Assembly (NCBI GenBank): GCA_041649955.1
Contig: JBAZMD010000001.1
Span: 4,079-68,078 of the forward strand
DNA from: Patescibacteria group bacterium
Lineage (GTDB): Bacteria > Patescibacteriota > Patescibacteriia > UBA2591 > JAQUPP01
DNA length: 64,000 nt
Direction of reading: 5' to 3'
A program made the translations under genes and the position numbers. Below, one piece after another: positions 9,554 to 18,663 of the stretch (the first letter of the stretch is position 1; each line of letters starts with the position of its first letter). The notes under the pieces are model-generated. The model was not told the DNA's origin, made no database searches, and was given only the letters and a program-made list of their open reading frames with translations.

Positions 9554-9582
9554 TTGACAAAAATCAAGAAATATGTTATTAT
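9554..9582 (+). promoter_or_regulatory. Sigma70 promoter TTGACA-17-TATTAT with GGAGG ribosome-binding site downstream
   Basis: gggggTTGACAaaaatcaagaaatatgtTATTAT, then acaaggaggctaattt ATG. Confidence 0.55.
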
Positions 9583-9607
9583 CTAAAATAGACAAGGAGG
9601 CTAATTT

Positions 9608-9817
9608 ATGTCTGATGAAAAGATACAGATAATATGTTCTCCTGTGAAAGTAGAACATAAGTTTACTAAACTGAAAGGGGAAACTATAAATCTAGAAAGG
9701 ATAAAAGCACCGGACAACAAAAAAGTTTCCTTATCACAAGGTAAGGTGATGGTACTTTTTGGAAATATAGATATCCCGATAATGGTGCCGACAGAGCACC
9801 TAAAAATTACAAAATAA
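9608..9817 (+). CDS. Hypothetical small protein (69 aa) in a stand-alone transcription unit
   Basis: Has its own canonical promoter, a GGAGG ribosome-binding site and a downstream terminator. No family recognised. Confidence 0.5.
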   Translation: MSDEKIQIICSPVKVEHKFTKLKGETINLERIKAPDNKKVSLSQGKVMVLFGNIDIPIMVPTEHLKITK

Positions 9818-9818
9818 A

Positions 9819-9855
9819 GGAGTATTTTCTATCAATACAGAAATACTCCTTTTAT
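9819..9855 (+). terminator. Rho-independent terminator
   Basis: aggagtattt...aaatactcct stem followed by TTTT. Confidence 0.55.
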
Positions 9856-9914
9856 AATATAGACAAATAGCTCTAAAAAGATTATAATAAATTCATTAAA
9901 CCTTTCGATTTTTT

Positions 9915-12371
9915 ATGATCAGACAAGGACTTAATGAAAATCAAGTTTTAGAATCGCGGCAGAAATTCGGTGAAAATATTTTGCCAACCAAGGAAAATAA
10001 TTCTTGGTTTATTATTTTATTGTCGCAATTCAAGAGCCCTTTGATTTATATTTTGGTTGCTACGGCAATCATTTCTTTAATTTTAAAAGAATATATAAAC
10101 GCCGGATTAATGGCATTGGTGGTAACCTTTAATTTGTTAATGGGATTTTTTCAGGAATATAATGCTCAAAAAACTTTAATCGCTTTAAGAAATCTTTTAA
10201 AGCCCGAAGCAATTGTTATTAGAAACGGAATTAATAAAAAAATAGAAGCAAAAGATATTGTCGTCGGCGATTTGGTCGTTTTGGGACCCGGAGATAAAAT
10301 TCCGGCTGACGGCGAACTGATTGAAGATGTTAATTTTTTAGTTAAAGAGGCGATTTTAACCGGTGAAGAAGAGGCGGTTTTAAAATCCAGTATTGGTAAA
10401 AATAATCTGGTTTTTATGGGTACGGTTGTTATTTATGGCAGAGGAATTATGAAAGTAACCAAAATCGGCATTCAGACGGAAATCGGAAAAATCGGCCAAA
10501 GTTTGGCTGAAATTAAAGAAGAAAAAACGCCATTGCAGATTAAATTGGAAAAATTCGCCACAAGATTGGTTTATTTGATAATTGTCATTTGCTCTATTAT
10601 TTTTCTAGTCGGCATTTTACGCCATCAAAACATATTGCAAATGTTAAAAATGTCGGTGATCTTGGCTGTTGCCGCTATTCCGGAAGGATTGCCGGTGGCA
10701 ATTATGGTCATTTTATCTCTGGGAATGAAAAAAGTTTTAAAACGAAAAGGATTGGTTAAAAAATTATTAGCCATGGAGACGCTCGGCGTAACTTCTGTGA
10801 TTTGTACTGACAAAACAGGCACCCTGACTGAAGGAGTTATGAAAGTCGTAAAAACTGATTTCATGGATCAAGAAAAAGCTCTTTTGGGATTAACCTTGGC
10901 CAACAATCAAAGATCTAATTTGGAAACGGCAATTTGGGACTATATCAGAAAGAAACATTTTAATCCTCAGGATATTTTTAATTCCATGGCCAGAACTTTT
11001 GAAGAACCGTTTGATAATGAAAAAAAATACATGTTAAGCATTAATCAGATAAATGGCAATGAAACAGCTTCTATTATCGGCGCGCCGGAAATTATTTTAC
11101 AGATGTGCGATATTGAACCTGATAAAAAACAAGATATTTTGGAAAAAATAAGCCATTGGGCGGAAGAAGGATTAAAAGTTTTAGGAGTTATTTCTAAAAA
11201 TCAAGGGGATTTAAAAGATAAAAATAATTTTACTTGGCTGGGTTTAATAGGAATTCAAGATCCAATCAGAAAAGGAGTTAAAGAGGCGATTAACGTAGCC
11301 AGAGAAGCCGGAATTAAAATCAAAATAGTCACCGGCGATTACCGCAAGACAGCCGAAAAAGTCGCTCGCAGTTTAGGATTTAATATTGCTGAAAAAAATA
11401 TCATGGAAGGAAACACTCTGGAAATTATCAGTGAAGACGAATTAAAAGAAAAAATTGACGATATTATAATTTTTAGCAGGGTAACGCCTCGTCAAAAATT
11501 AAAAATAGTCAAAGTTTTGCAAGAAAAAGGAGAAGTGGTGGCAATGACCGGTGACGGCATTAATGACGCCACGGCTCTTAAAAAAGCTGATATCGGCATA
11601 GCCGTAAACAATGCGACCGACGTTGCCAAAGAAGCAGCAGATCTAATTTTATTAAATAATAATTTTAAAACCATTATTGCCGCCTGTAAAGAAGGCAGAT
11701 TGATTTTTTCTAATATTAAAAAAGTGGTAGCTTATGTTCTTTCCAACTCTTTTGCCGAAATAGTTTTAATTTTCGGCGCTATTTTAATGGGACTGCCAAC
11801 CCCTTTGACCATTATTCAGATTTTATGGGCTCATTTGATTTGTGACGGACCGCCTGATATAGTTTTGGGATTTGAAACTAGAAATAAGGCCCTTCATGAA
11901 GAAGATCCTAAAACCTTAAGAAAAGAAGAGATTTTAGACAAGCCGATTATTGCCTTAATTATTTTAATCAGTTTAACTGTCGGACTTTCTTCACTTTTTA
12001 TATTTACACATTTCTTAAAACAAACCGACCAGATAAATTTAGCCAGAACTATAACCTTTGCCACTGTGGCAACCGTGGATTTAATTTATATTTTTGCCTT
12101 TAAAGACTTAAAAAATTCATTATTCAGAACTAAAAATTTATTTGATAATAAACGCTTAATATGGGCTGTGATCTACGGACTATTGCTGCTTTTAATCGCC
12201 ATTTATGTCCCTGCTTTGAATAAAATCCTGGAAACAGTGCCCTTAAAACCATTTTATTGGCTTATTGTTATCGGCGTAGCCCTAATTACGGTTTTCTGGG
12301 TGGAACTGATAAAATATATCAGAAATGGACGCAATTCCAATAATCAAATGCCTGTGGAAAACAACAACTAA
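9915..12371 (+). CDS. P-type cation-transporting ATPase, type IIA (Ca2+-ATPase-like)
   Basis: DKTGTLT phosphorylation motif, TGDGINDATAL hinge, a PEGLP-like TM4 motif, and an N-terminal domain typical of Ca-ATPases. Confidence 0.85.
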   Translation: MIRQGLNENQVLESRQKFGENILPTKENNSWFIILLSQFKSPLIYILVATAIISLILKEYINAGLMALVVTFNLLMGFFQEYNAQKTLIALRNLLKPEAIVIRNGINKKIEAKDIVVGDLVVLGPGDKIPADGELIEDVNFLVKEAILTGEEEAVLKSSIGKNNLVFMGTVVIYGRGIMKVTKIGIQTEIGKIGQSLAEIKEEKTPLQIKLEKFATRLVYLIIVICSIIFLVGILRHQNILQMLKMSVILAVAAIPEGLPVAIMVILSLGMKKVLKRKGLVKKLLAMETLGVTSVICTDKTGTLTEGVMKVVKTDFMDQEKALLGLTLANNQRSNLETAIWDYIRKKHFNPQDIFNSMARTFEEPFDNEKKYMLSINQINGNETASIIGAPEIILQMCDIEPDKKQDILEKISHWAEEGLKVLGVISKNQGDLKDKNNFTWLGLIGIQDPIRKGVKEAINVAREAGIKIKIVTGDYRKTAEKVARSLGFNIAEKNIMEGNTLEIISEDELKEKIDDIIIFSRVTPRQKLKIVKVLQEKGEVVAMTGDGINDATALKKADIGIAVNNATDVAKEAADLILLNNNFKTIIAACKEGRLIFSNIKKVVAYVLSNSFAEIVLIFGAILMGLPTPLTIIQILWAHLICDGPPDIVLGFETRNKALHEEDPKTLRKEEILDKPIIALIILISLTVGLSSLFIFTHFLKQTDQINLARTITFATVATVDLIYIFAFKDLKNSLFRTKNLFDNKRLIWAVIYGLLLLLIAIYVPALNKILETVPLKPFYWLIVIGVALITVFWVELIKYIRNGRNSNNQMPVENNN

Positions 12372-12442
12372 CAATTATCTGTGAATGGGATATAATTAAT
12401 TGCATCAGTTATTCAAATTAATTTTAAAAAAATAATAAATAT

Positions 12443-12736
12443 ATGAAACCATTCAGAATTTATTTTCATGGATTTGGTCCTAAACAGCAATTTGTTTGGG
12501 TAGGAGCAATTTTATTAATTGCTGGTATTGTTCTGGGGGCTATTGGATTTAACGGAGTATACTCTTTGAAACAGACTATTATTAATATGGATCCATATCT
12601 TGAAGCTCAACAGAATATTAATCAAGTTTTTATCGGGTGCGGAATAACCGGAATACTTCTGGGAATTATAATGATATTGGCCGGTGGATTTGCGGCAGAC
12701 AGTAATAATAACGGTGAATCAAAAAATAAAAAATAA
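12443..12736 (+). CDS. Hypothetical small membrane protein
   Basis: Two predicted TM helices, Gly-rich. No family recognised. Confidence 0.4.
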   Translation: MKPFRIYFHGFGPKQQFVWVGAILLIAGIVLGAIGFNGVYSLKQTIINMDPYLEAQQNINQVFIGCGITGILLGIIMILAGGFAADSNNNGESKNKK

Positions 12737-12754
12737 TTTCTTTAATTAAAAAAA

Positions 12755-12790
12755 TACCCTCGGTAATCTCCAAGGGTATTTTTTTAATTA
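12755..12790. terminator. Bidirectional terminator hairpin
   Basis: ataccctcgg...ccaagggtat stem flanked by an A-run and a T-run, between convergent genes. Confidence 0.5.
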
Positions 12791-12792
12791 AT

Positions 12793-13353
12793 TTAAAATA
12801 AATTTTTGGTTTTCGCTTCTACCGGACCGGCTGATTTTGAATAAAGAGATTTTTTTCGTTTATTATAAGGTGTTTCCGCCGGCGAAGAAAGGTACTCTAC
12901 GGCAATTTGGCAAATATACATATAAGGATATAAAGCAACGGCTAAATTAGATTGATTGGAAATCTCAAGAGTCAACGTTCCTTCAAAACCAGGATCAACA
13001 AAACCGGCCGTATGGACTAAAATTCCCATTCTGGCTAAAGTGCTTTTCCCTTCAACCCTTAAAACCAAATCATTAGGCACTTTTAAATATTCATCAGTGC
13101 TGGCCAAGATAAAATCTTTGGGATGAAGAATAAACTTTTCGCCATTTTTCATTTTAATCGTCTGCATAAATTTGGCAGGAAGCCCTTTCCTTGGATCAAG
13201 CAAGCTTTGCTGGTTTGTCTTAAATATCTTGAATGCGGGATTTAATTTCAAATCAATGGAAGCCGGACCTATTTGATCGGCTTTAAGCTTGGGATTAAAC
13301 GTTAATTTGCCGCTTTTAATGACTTTTTTAATGTCGCAATCTGAAAGAATCAT
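12793..13353 (-). CDS. dcd: dCTP deaminase
   Basis: MILSDxDIKK N-terminus and overall dUTPase-like fold signature of Dcd. Confidence 0.8.
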   Translation of the reverse strand: MILSDCDIKKVIKSGKLTFNPKLKADQIGPASIDLKLNPAFKIFKTNQQSLLDPRKGLPAKFMQTIKMKNGEKFILHPKDFILASTDEYLKVPNDLVLRVEGKSTLARMGILVHTAGFVDPGFEGTLTLEISNQSNLAVALYPYMYICQIAVEYLSSPAETPYNKRKKSLYSKSAGPVEAKTKNLF

Positions 13354-13386
13354 ATGTTTAAAATTATTTTATTATTTATAAATATA

Positions 13387-13420
13387 TTTTACACTAACCT
13401 TGAAAAGAAGTATAATGTTA
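13387..13420 (+). promoter_or_regulatory. Promoter-like sequence TTACAC-16-TATAAT
   Basis: ttacactaaccttgaaaagaagtataat upstream of the 13449 ORF. Confidence 0.35.
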
Positions 13421-13448
13421 TTATATACCTTTTTTAAAAAATATCAAT

Positions 13449-13676
13449 ATGTTAATTAAAGTAAAAGTTTTCCCCAATTCCAAGAAAGAAAATATTGTCC
13501 AAAAAAGCAAAGATGGCTTTGAAATTAAAACCAAAGAAAAACCGGAACGAGGACAAGCCACCAAGCGCGTAATAACGATGCTGGCGATGCATTTTAATTT
13601 GCCGGAATCTAAAATCAGATTAATCAGGGGGGCCAAGACAAGAAACAAAATTTTTGATATTATTGACGTAATATGA
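13449..13676 (+). CDS. YggU-family protein (DUF167 / UPF0235)
   Basis: VKVKVFPNSKKENIV...KDGFEIKTKEKPERGQATK...L pattern of the YggU family. The stop overlaps the next ATG in an ATGA arrangement. Confidence 0.7.
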   Translation: MLIKVKVFPNSKKENIVQKSKDGFEIKTKEKPERGQATKRVITMLAMHFNLPESKIRLIRGAKTRNKIFDIIDVI

Positions 13677-14494
13677 CCGAAAAAATAATTAAAATTGCCT
13701 GGTTTGGCAAGCATTTTGGAGAAGAACCGCCGCTGGTTGGAGATAAAAATCAAGGAGCCGGTGGATTTTTTTTCAGCGGCTGCAATCTGCGTTGCGTTTT
13801 TTGCCAAAATTTTCAAATTTCCCAGCAAAGATTGGCCGAAAAAGAATATTCCATTGAAGAGTTGGCGGATATTATGTTAAATCTGCAAAAACAAAAAGCG
13901 ATTAATATTGACCTGGTAACGCCGACTATTTGGCTGCCATACATAAAAAAAGCAATCATCTCAGCCAAAAAGAGGGGATTAAACATACCGATTGTATGGA
14001 ATTCTAATGCATATGAAAAAGTAGAAGCGCTTAAACAAATGGAAGGATTGGTGGATGTTTATTTACCGGATTTCAAATATGGAGATGACGAAATAGCTTT
14101 TAAATATTCGGGGATTAAAAATTACACCGCCACGGCCATAAGCGCAATTAAAGAAATGCTGCGGCAAGTTGGTTATTTAAAAACAAAAAATAACATCGCT
14201 TATAAAGGAATTATTTTACGACACTTAGTTTTACCCAATAATATTCAAAATAGTTTCCAAGTTTTAGAACAAACAGCCTTGATTGATAAAAATATTCATT
14301 TAAGCTTAATGAATCAATATTATCCGCTCTATAAAGCTAAAGATTTCAAAGAAATTAATCAATGTGTCAGCGATGAAGAATTTAATAAGGTTTGCAAATA
14401 CGCATTAAACCTAGGTTTTAACAATGGCTGGATCCAAGAGAAGGATAGCTCTAGGGTCTTTATCCCTGATTTTACTCGTAAAAACCCTTTTTAA
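13673..14494 (+). CDS. Radical SAM protein, PFL-activase-like (COG1313 / PflX-type)
   Basis: GFFFSGCNLRCVFCQN CxxxCxxC cluster motif in the context typical of PflX-like radical SAM enzymes. Confidence 0.75.
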   Translation: MTEKIIKIAWFGKHFGEEPPLVGDKNQGAGGFFFSGCNLRCVFCQNFQISQQRLAEKEYSIEELADIMLNLQKQKAINIDLVTPTIWLPYIKKAIISAKKRGLNIPIVWNSNAYEKVEALKQMEGLVDVYLPDFKYGDDEIAFKYSGIKNYTATAISAIKEMLRQVGYLKTKNNIAYKGIILRHLVLPNNIQNSFQVLEQTALIDKNIHLSLMNQYYPLYKAKDFKEINQCVSDEEFNKVCKYALNLGFNNGWIQEKDSSRVFIPDFTRKNPF

Positions 14495-14630
14495 ACCCTT
14501 GTTTTATCTTTTAGAATATGTTATAATTAAGTCATATATTTAAAGAAGAGAGAGCGGAGTGACCCCTTTCTAAGATCTTATATCTATGCTAATATAATAT
14601 AATCAAATTAATTAATTAAATTTTAAAACT

Positions 14631-14804
14631 ATGAAAGGTTATTGTGTAAAATGTAAAGCCAAAGACAGTGAAATGAATGATGTTAAAGAAGTTGTCATGA
14701 ATGGCAAGGGCGGCGTAAAGCGCAGAGCTGCCACCGGCACTTGCGCGAAATGCGGGACCAAGATGTATAAAATCTTACCCAAAGACGCACCTAAGGTTGA
14801 TTAG
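14631..14804 (+). CDS. Small zinc-ribbon protein (57 aa, CxxC...CxxC; DUF5679-like); not in the ORF track
   Basis: MKGYCVKCKAK...TGTCAKCGTKMYKI. Two CxxC pairs. Followed by a strong terminator. Confidence 0.5.
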   Translation: MKGYCVKCKAKDSEMNDVKEVVMNGKGGVKRRAATGTCAKCGTKMYKILPKDAPKVD

Positions 14805-14827
14805 TTGAATAGAATTCTTACCAAGAA

Positions 14828-14870
14828 GGCAATTTTAAAAGATTGCCTTCTTGTTTTTTTTGTAAAAATA
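14828..14870 (+). terminator. Rho-independent terminator (12-bp perfect stem plus T-run)
   Basis: caagaaggcaat-tttaaaag-attgccttcttg followed by TTTTTTT. Confidence 0.65.
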
Positions 14871-14887
14871 GGATAAAATTTATTATT

Positions 14888-15778
14888 ATGTTCAAGCGCA
14901 GAAAACCGACTAGATACGAAAAAAAACAAAATTTTAAATCTGAGGTTAAAGCTATGCGCGCCTCAAGAAAAGATTTTATAAAGAAAAAAATGACAAGATT
15001 AAAATTAATGATTTTAATCATTTTAGCGTCTGTTTTAATTTTGGGCGGCGGCTATATTTTATTATTCAGCCCGATTTTTAAAATTAAAAATATTACAATT
15101 ACCAAAATCAATGACTTCAATTTAACTTCTGAAGCGGAATTGAAAGATTTAATTGATTCTGTAATAAAGAAGCCATTTGGTTCCAATTTAATTCTTTTTA
15201 ATAAAAATTGCCTGACAAATATACTTAATAAAGATTCACGCATCCGTTCATTTAAAATTAATAAAAAAATGGCCAATACGCTGGAATTGAATATAGAAGA
15301 ATATCAGCCAGTTGCTCGTCTAATTATTTTAGGTTATGAAGGAGAGTATTATTTTAATTCCAATGGCCAGGTGATTGCAATAACGCCAAAATCTATTCAA
15401 TATTTTACGACACAAAACAATAATGAAGAAAAAAATAATGATTTAATAATTTTTTATGATCAAGGATCGGCTAATTTCCATAATCAGACCTATATAAACT
15501 TCATTAAAGCCACCTTAAACCTGATTAGAGGCAATGTTTTAAGAGAAAATGATATAAAGACCACTATCGTTAAAATTAGCGAAAAAGGGAGTATTTTAGA
15601 GGCTGAAATCACCACATTGGAAGGATGGAAGATATTGGTCAATTCCGAGACGGATTTCAAGAAACAAGAGGAGAGTCTTAATTTAGTTTTTAAAGATCAA
15701 TTAAAAGATAGGCAAGCGTTAGACCACATTGATCTGCGCTTCAGAGATTTATGGTATTTAAATAAACAAATACCTTAA
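14888..15778 (+). CDS. FtsQ/DivIB-like cell-division protein (TM anchor plus POTRA-like domain)
   Basis: Basic N-terminus, a single TM helix, then a beta-rich periplasmic domain. Start moved to the Met at 14888 because the track's 14843 start lies inside the upstream terminator. Confidence 0.5.
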   Translation: MFKRRKPTRYEKKQNFKSEVKAMRASRKDFIKKKMTRLKLMILIILASVLILGGGYILLFSPIFKIKNITITKINDFNLTSEAELKDLIDSVIKKPFGSNLILFNKNCLTNILNKDSRIRSFKINKKMANTLELNIEEYQPVARLIILGYEGEYYFNSNGQVIAITPKSIQYFTTQNNNEEKNNDLIIFYDQGSANFHNQTYINFIKATLNLIRGNVLRENDIKTTIVKISEKGSILEAEITTLEGWKILVNSETDFKKQEESLNLVFKDQLKDRQALDHIDLRFRDLWYLNKQIP

Positions 15779-15794
15779 AGAATATAATAAAAAA

Positions 15795-15835
15795 AACACT
15801 TTTGGGGCACTATCTCCAAAAGTGTTTTAGATAAA
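15795..15835. terminator. Bidirectional terminator (11-bp perfect stem) between convergent genes
   Basis: aacacttttgg...ccaaaagtgtt flanked by an A-run and a T-run. Confidence 0.6.
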
Positions 15836-15949
15836 GGTAGCGACGTAAAAGGAATATTGTGCGACGTGGTATATAGAGAAAAAACGCTATTCCCTCTCAT
15901 TTTTAACCTCTATCCTGCCAATAAGATAAAAACTGACAAATATGAATTT

Positions 15950-17194
15950 TTACAATAAATAATCTTCCGGATTGACAGGAATGCCGTTTTTTCTTATTTC
16001 AAAATGCAAATGCGGACCGGTAGAAAAATTTCCAGCCCCGCTGGTTCCCGGCAGTCCCCCGCTTTTTCCTATAACCGTGCCTCTTCTGACATATTCATCT
16101 TGTTCCACTAAGATTTGACTTACATGGCCATAAACAGTGGAAAAGGTGTCGTTATTGATAATCATAATATAACTGTAACCCATTCCGCCATTTTTCGCTT
16201 TTGCCACATAACCTGAGGCAGAAGCTCTGATATTTGTGCCCTGAGAGGCGCGAATATCAATAGCCGGATGTTCTCCGATCCATTTTCTATAAGGATAATC
16301 AGGGTCATGAAAAGAACAAGTTATGCCATTACTCGGCACGGGCCAGGAAAAGACAATTGAGCCCTCAGGTTCCATAATCTGATTTTTATTTTTTTCTTCT
16401 TCGGCCAATTTTGTTCTGATACTTGTTTCCAAATTTGAAATTTCATTTTCCGTTCTTCTCTGTTCCGCGACAGCATCAGCCAATAAACTTTGAAATTTCC
16501 ATTCCGCGCCTTGCGTTTTTTCCAAAATATTTTCATTAGCGCTCTTCTCGGTCAACAACTGAGATTTTTTGTCCAATAAATCATTTTGCAGATTGGTTAT
16601 GTTCTGTAAATTGGTGCGTAAATCTTTTTCTTGCAATTCCATTCCTTCTTTAATTAATTTAATTTGTTCCAAAGAATGAGCCAAACTTCCCTGAAAGGTA
16701 TTTAAATAGCGCACATGGCTTAAAATATCCGAAATAGAATCGCTCAAAACGATAATTGTCAGAAGATTTTTATTGTCATATCGATTAATCAATCTTAAAA
16801 TTTGTTGTAAATTTTCTTTTTGATCTCGAATTTCTTTTTGTTTCTCCAAAATTTTAAATTGAATATTTTTGATTGATAAATCCGTAGTCGTTATCTCGGT
16901 CTCTTTTTCTTCTATCTCCACTTTTGTTTTTGAAACTTGATTTTTTAAAATACTTAATTGATTTTTCAGATTAACCGCCTCCTTTCTCTTGATTTCTATA
17001 TTTTTTTCATAAACTTTTTTTTGCTCTTCCAATTTTTTAAGATAACTCTGATAATCATCAATTTCTTTTTGGATTTGTTCAATCTCCTGGGTATAATCCT
17101 GAGCGGCTGATATCGGCACCCTTGCAAAATTAAATAAAAAAACAAAACTTGCCAAAATGAAAATAGTTAAAAATTGTTTTATATTTTTTTTCAT
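15950..17194 (-). CDS. M23 family metallopeptidase with an N-terminal coiled-coil (EnvC-like murein hydrolase activator/peptidase)
   Basis: Signal peptide and a long coiled-coil. C-terminal HPAIDIRA...GHLHFEIR M23 zinc-binding motifs. Confidence 0.8.
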   Translation of the reverse strand: MKKNIKQFLTIFILASFVFLFNFARVPISAAQDYTQEIEQIQKEIDDYQSYLKKLEEQKKVYEKNIEIKRKEAVNLKNQLSILKNQVSKTKVEIEEKETEITTTDLSIKNIQFKILEKQKEIRDQKENLQQILRLINRYDNKNLLTIIVLSDSISDILSHVRYLNTFQGSLAHSLEQIKLIKEGMELQEKDLRTNLQNITNLQNDLLDKKSQLLTEKSANENILEKTQGAEWKFQSLLADAVAEQRRTENEISNLETSIRTKLAEEEKNKNQIMEPEGSIVFSWPVPSNGITCSFHDPDYPYRKWIGEHPAIDIRASQGTNIRASASGYVAKAKNGGMGYSYIMIINNDTFSTVYGHVSQILVEQDEYVRRGTVIGKSGGLPGTSGAGNFSTGPHLHFEIRKNGIPVNPEDYLL

Positions 17195-18660
17195 TATTTT
17201 AATTTTTCAATAGCCTGATTAACTCTGTTTATTGCTTTTTCTTTGCCTAAAACTTCGGCTATCGCTTCAGGCGGAGGCGAAGATTTAAGGCCGCTTAAAG
17301 CCACTCTTAATGGCCAAAGTGTCTCTCCTACCCCGATTTTCTCTTTTAATGGCGATAGGTTATCCATTATATTTTTAGCAGTAAATTGATCGCTTGAAAT
17401 TTTTTCCAAAATAACGCCAGTTTGACTTAAACTATCCTCAATTTGCTGATTATCCATTTTTTTCCAGCGCAACAGTTCCGATGCATATTCCAAGGTATCT
17501 AAAAAGAAAAATTTGGTTAAATCCCCTATTTCATTTAATCGTTTAAGCCGTTCTTGCTCAAGCGCGACAATCTTTTTAATCCAGTCAAAATTTGATGACT
17601 TTATTAAACCTGCTTGCTCCAAATATGGCATGCATTTTTTTGTCAGCTCATCCGTGTCCATTTGCCGTATATAACATCCATTAAGCCAATCTAATTTTTC
17701 CACATTAAAAACAGCTCCGGCTTTTTGAATTTTTTCCAGAGAAAACGCTTTAATCAATTCTTCAAGAGTAAAAATTTCTTGTTCCGTTCCCGGGTTCCAG
17801 CCCAAAAAAGCGATAAAATTTAAAATAGCTTCTTTCAAATATCCTTTTGATAAATAATCTTCCACCGTAACATCGCCTTGCCGTTTGGATAATTTGGAAT
17901 GATCCGGATTAAGCAATAATGGCAAATGAGCGAATTGAGGCAATGGCCAATTAAAATATTGATAAAGCAAAATATGTTTCGGCACTGAAGGTATCCATTC
18001 TTCTCCCCTGATAATATGGGTAATTTCCATTTTATGATCGTCAACAACCACAGCTAAGTGATAAGTCGGAAAACCGTCTGATTTTAATAAAACTTGATCA
18101 TCAATATCTTTTAAATCAAATTTTATTTCGCCCCTGATTAAATCTGTAAAAGCAATAGTCCCCTCTTCCGGCACTTTCAACCTTATAACATAAGGAGTTT
18201 TATTTTTCAATTTATTTTCTATCTCAATTTTACTTAATTTTCTGCATCTTTCATCATATCTTGGCGGAAGTTTTTGAGCAATTTGATCCTGTTTCATTTT
18301 ATCCAATTCTTCCGAAGTGCAAAAACAATAATACGCCTTATCTTCTTCAACTAATTTTTTTGCCAAATTTTGATAAATTTCCAGCCGCTCTGATTGAATG
18401 TATGGTCCGCAATTTCCTTTCTGAATTATTTTATTATTTTCAATAAAAGGCCCTTCGTCCCAATCTAAGCCCATAGTTTGCAGCATTCTAAGTAAATTTT
18501 CTACCGCGCCTTCCACATATCTTTGACGATCAGTATCTTCAACGCGCAAAATAAATTTGCCATTGTTCTTTTTGGCAAAAAGCCAATTATAAAGACAAGT
18601 CCGCAAACTGCCGACATGCAAAAATCCTGTTGGTGATGGAGCAAAACGAGTTTTAATCAT
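17194..18660 (-). CDS. gltX: Glutamate--tRNA ligase
   Basis: RFAPSPTGFLHVGSLRT HIGH-region and a KLSKRQ (KMSKS-like) motif. Confidence 0.9.
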   Translation of the reverse strand: MIKTRFAPSPTGFLHVGSLRTCLYNWLFAKKNNGKFILRVEDTDRQRYVEGAVENLLRMLQTMGLDWDEGPFIENNKIIQKGNCGPYIQSERLEIYQNLAKKLVEEDKAYYCFCTSEELDKMKQDQIAQKLPPRYDERCRKLSKIEIENKLKNKTPYVIRLKVPEEGTIAFTDLIRGEIKFDLKDIDDQVLLKSDGFPTYHLAVVVDDHKMEITHIIRGEEWIPSVPKHILLYQYFNWPLPQFAHLPLLLNPDHSKLSKRQGDVTVEDYLSKGYLKEAILNFIAFLGWNPGTEQEIFTLEELIKAFSLEKIQKAGAVFNVEKLDWLNGCYIRQMDTDELTKKCMPYLEQAGLIKSSNFDWIKKIVALEQERLKRLNEIGDLTKFFFLDTLEYASELLRWKKMDNQQIEDSLSQTGVILEKISSDQFTAKNIMDNLSPLKEKIGVGETLWPLRVALSGLKSSPPPEAIAEVLGKEKAINRVNQAIEKLK

Positions 18661-18663
18661 AAT

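Noticed and set aside
14843-14887. Upstream start (MPSCFFCKNRIKFII...) for the FtsQ-like gene
   Set aside because: That start lies inside the 12-bp-stem terminator hairpin of the preceding gene. The first Met after the terminator (14888) is used instead.
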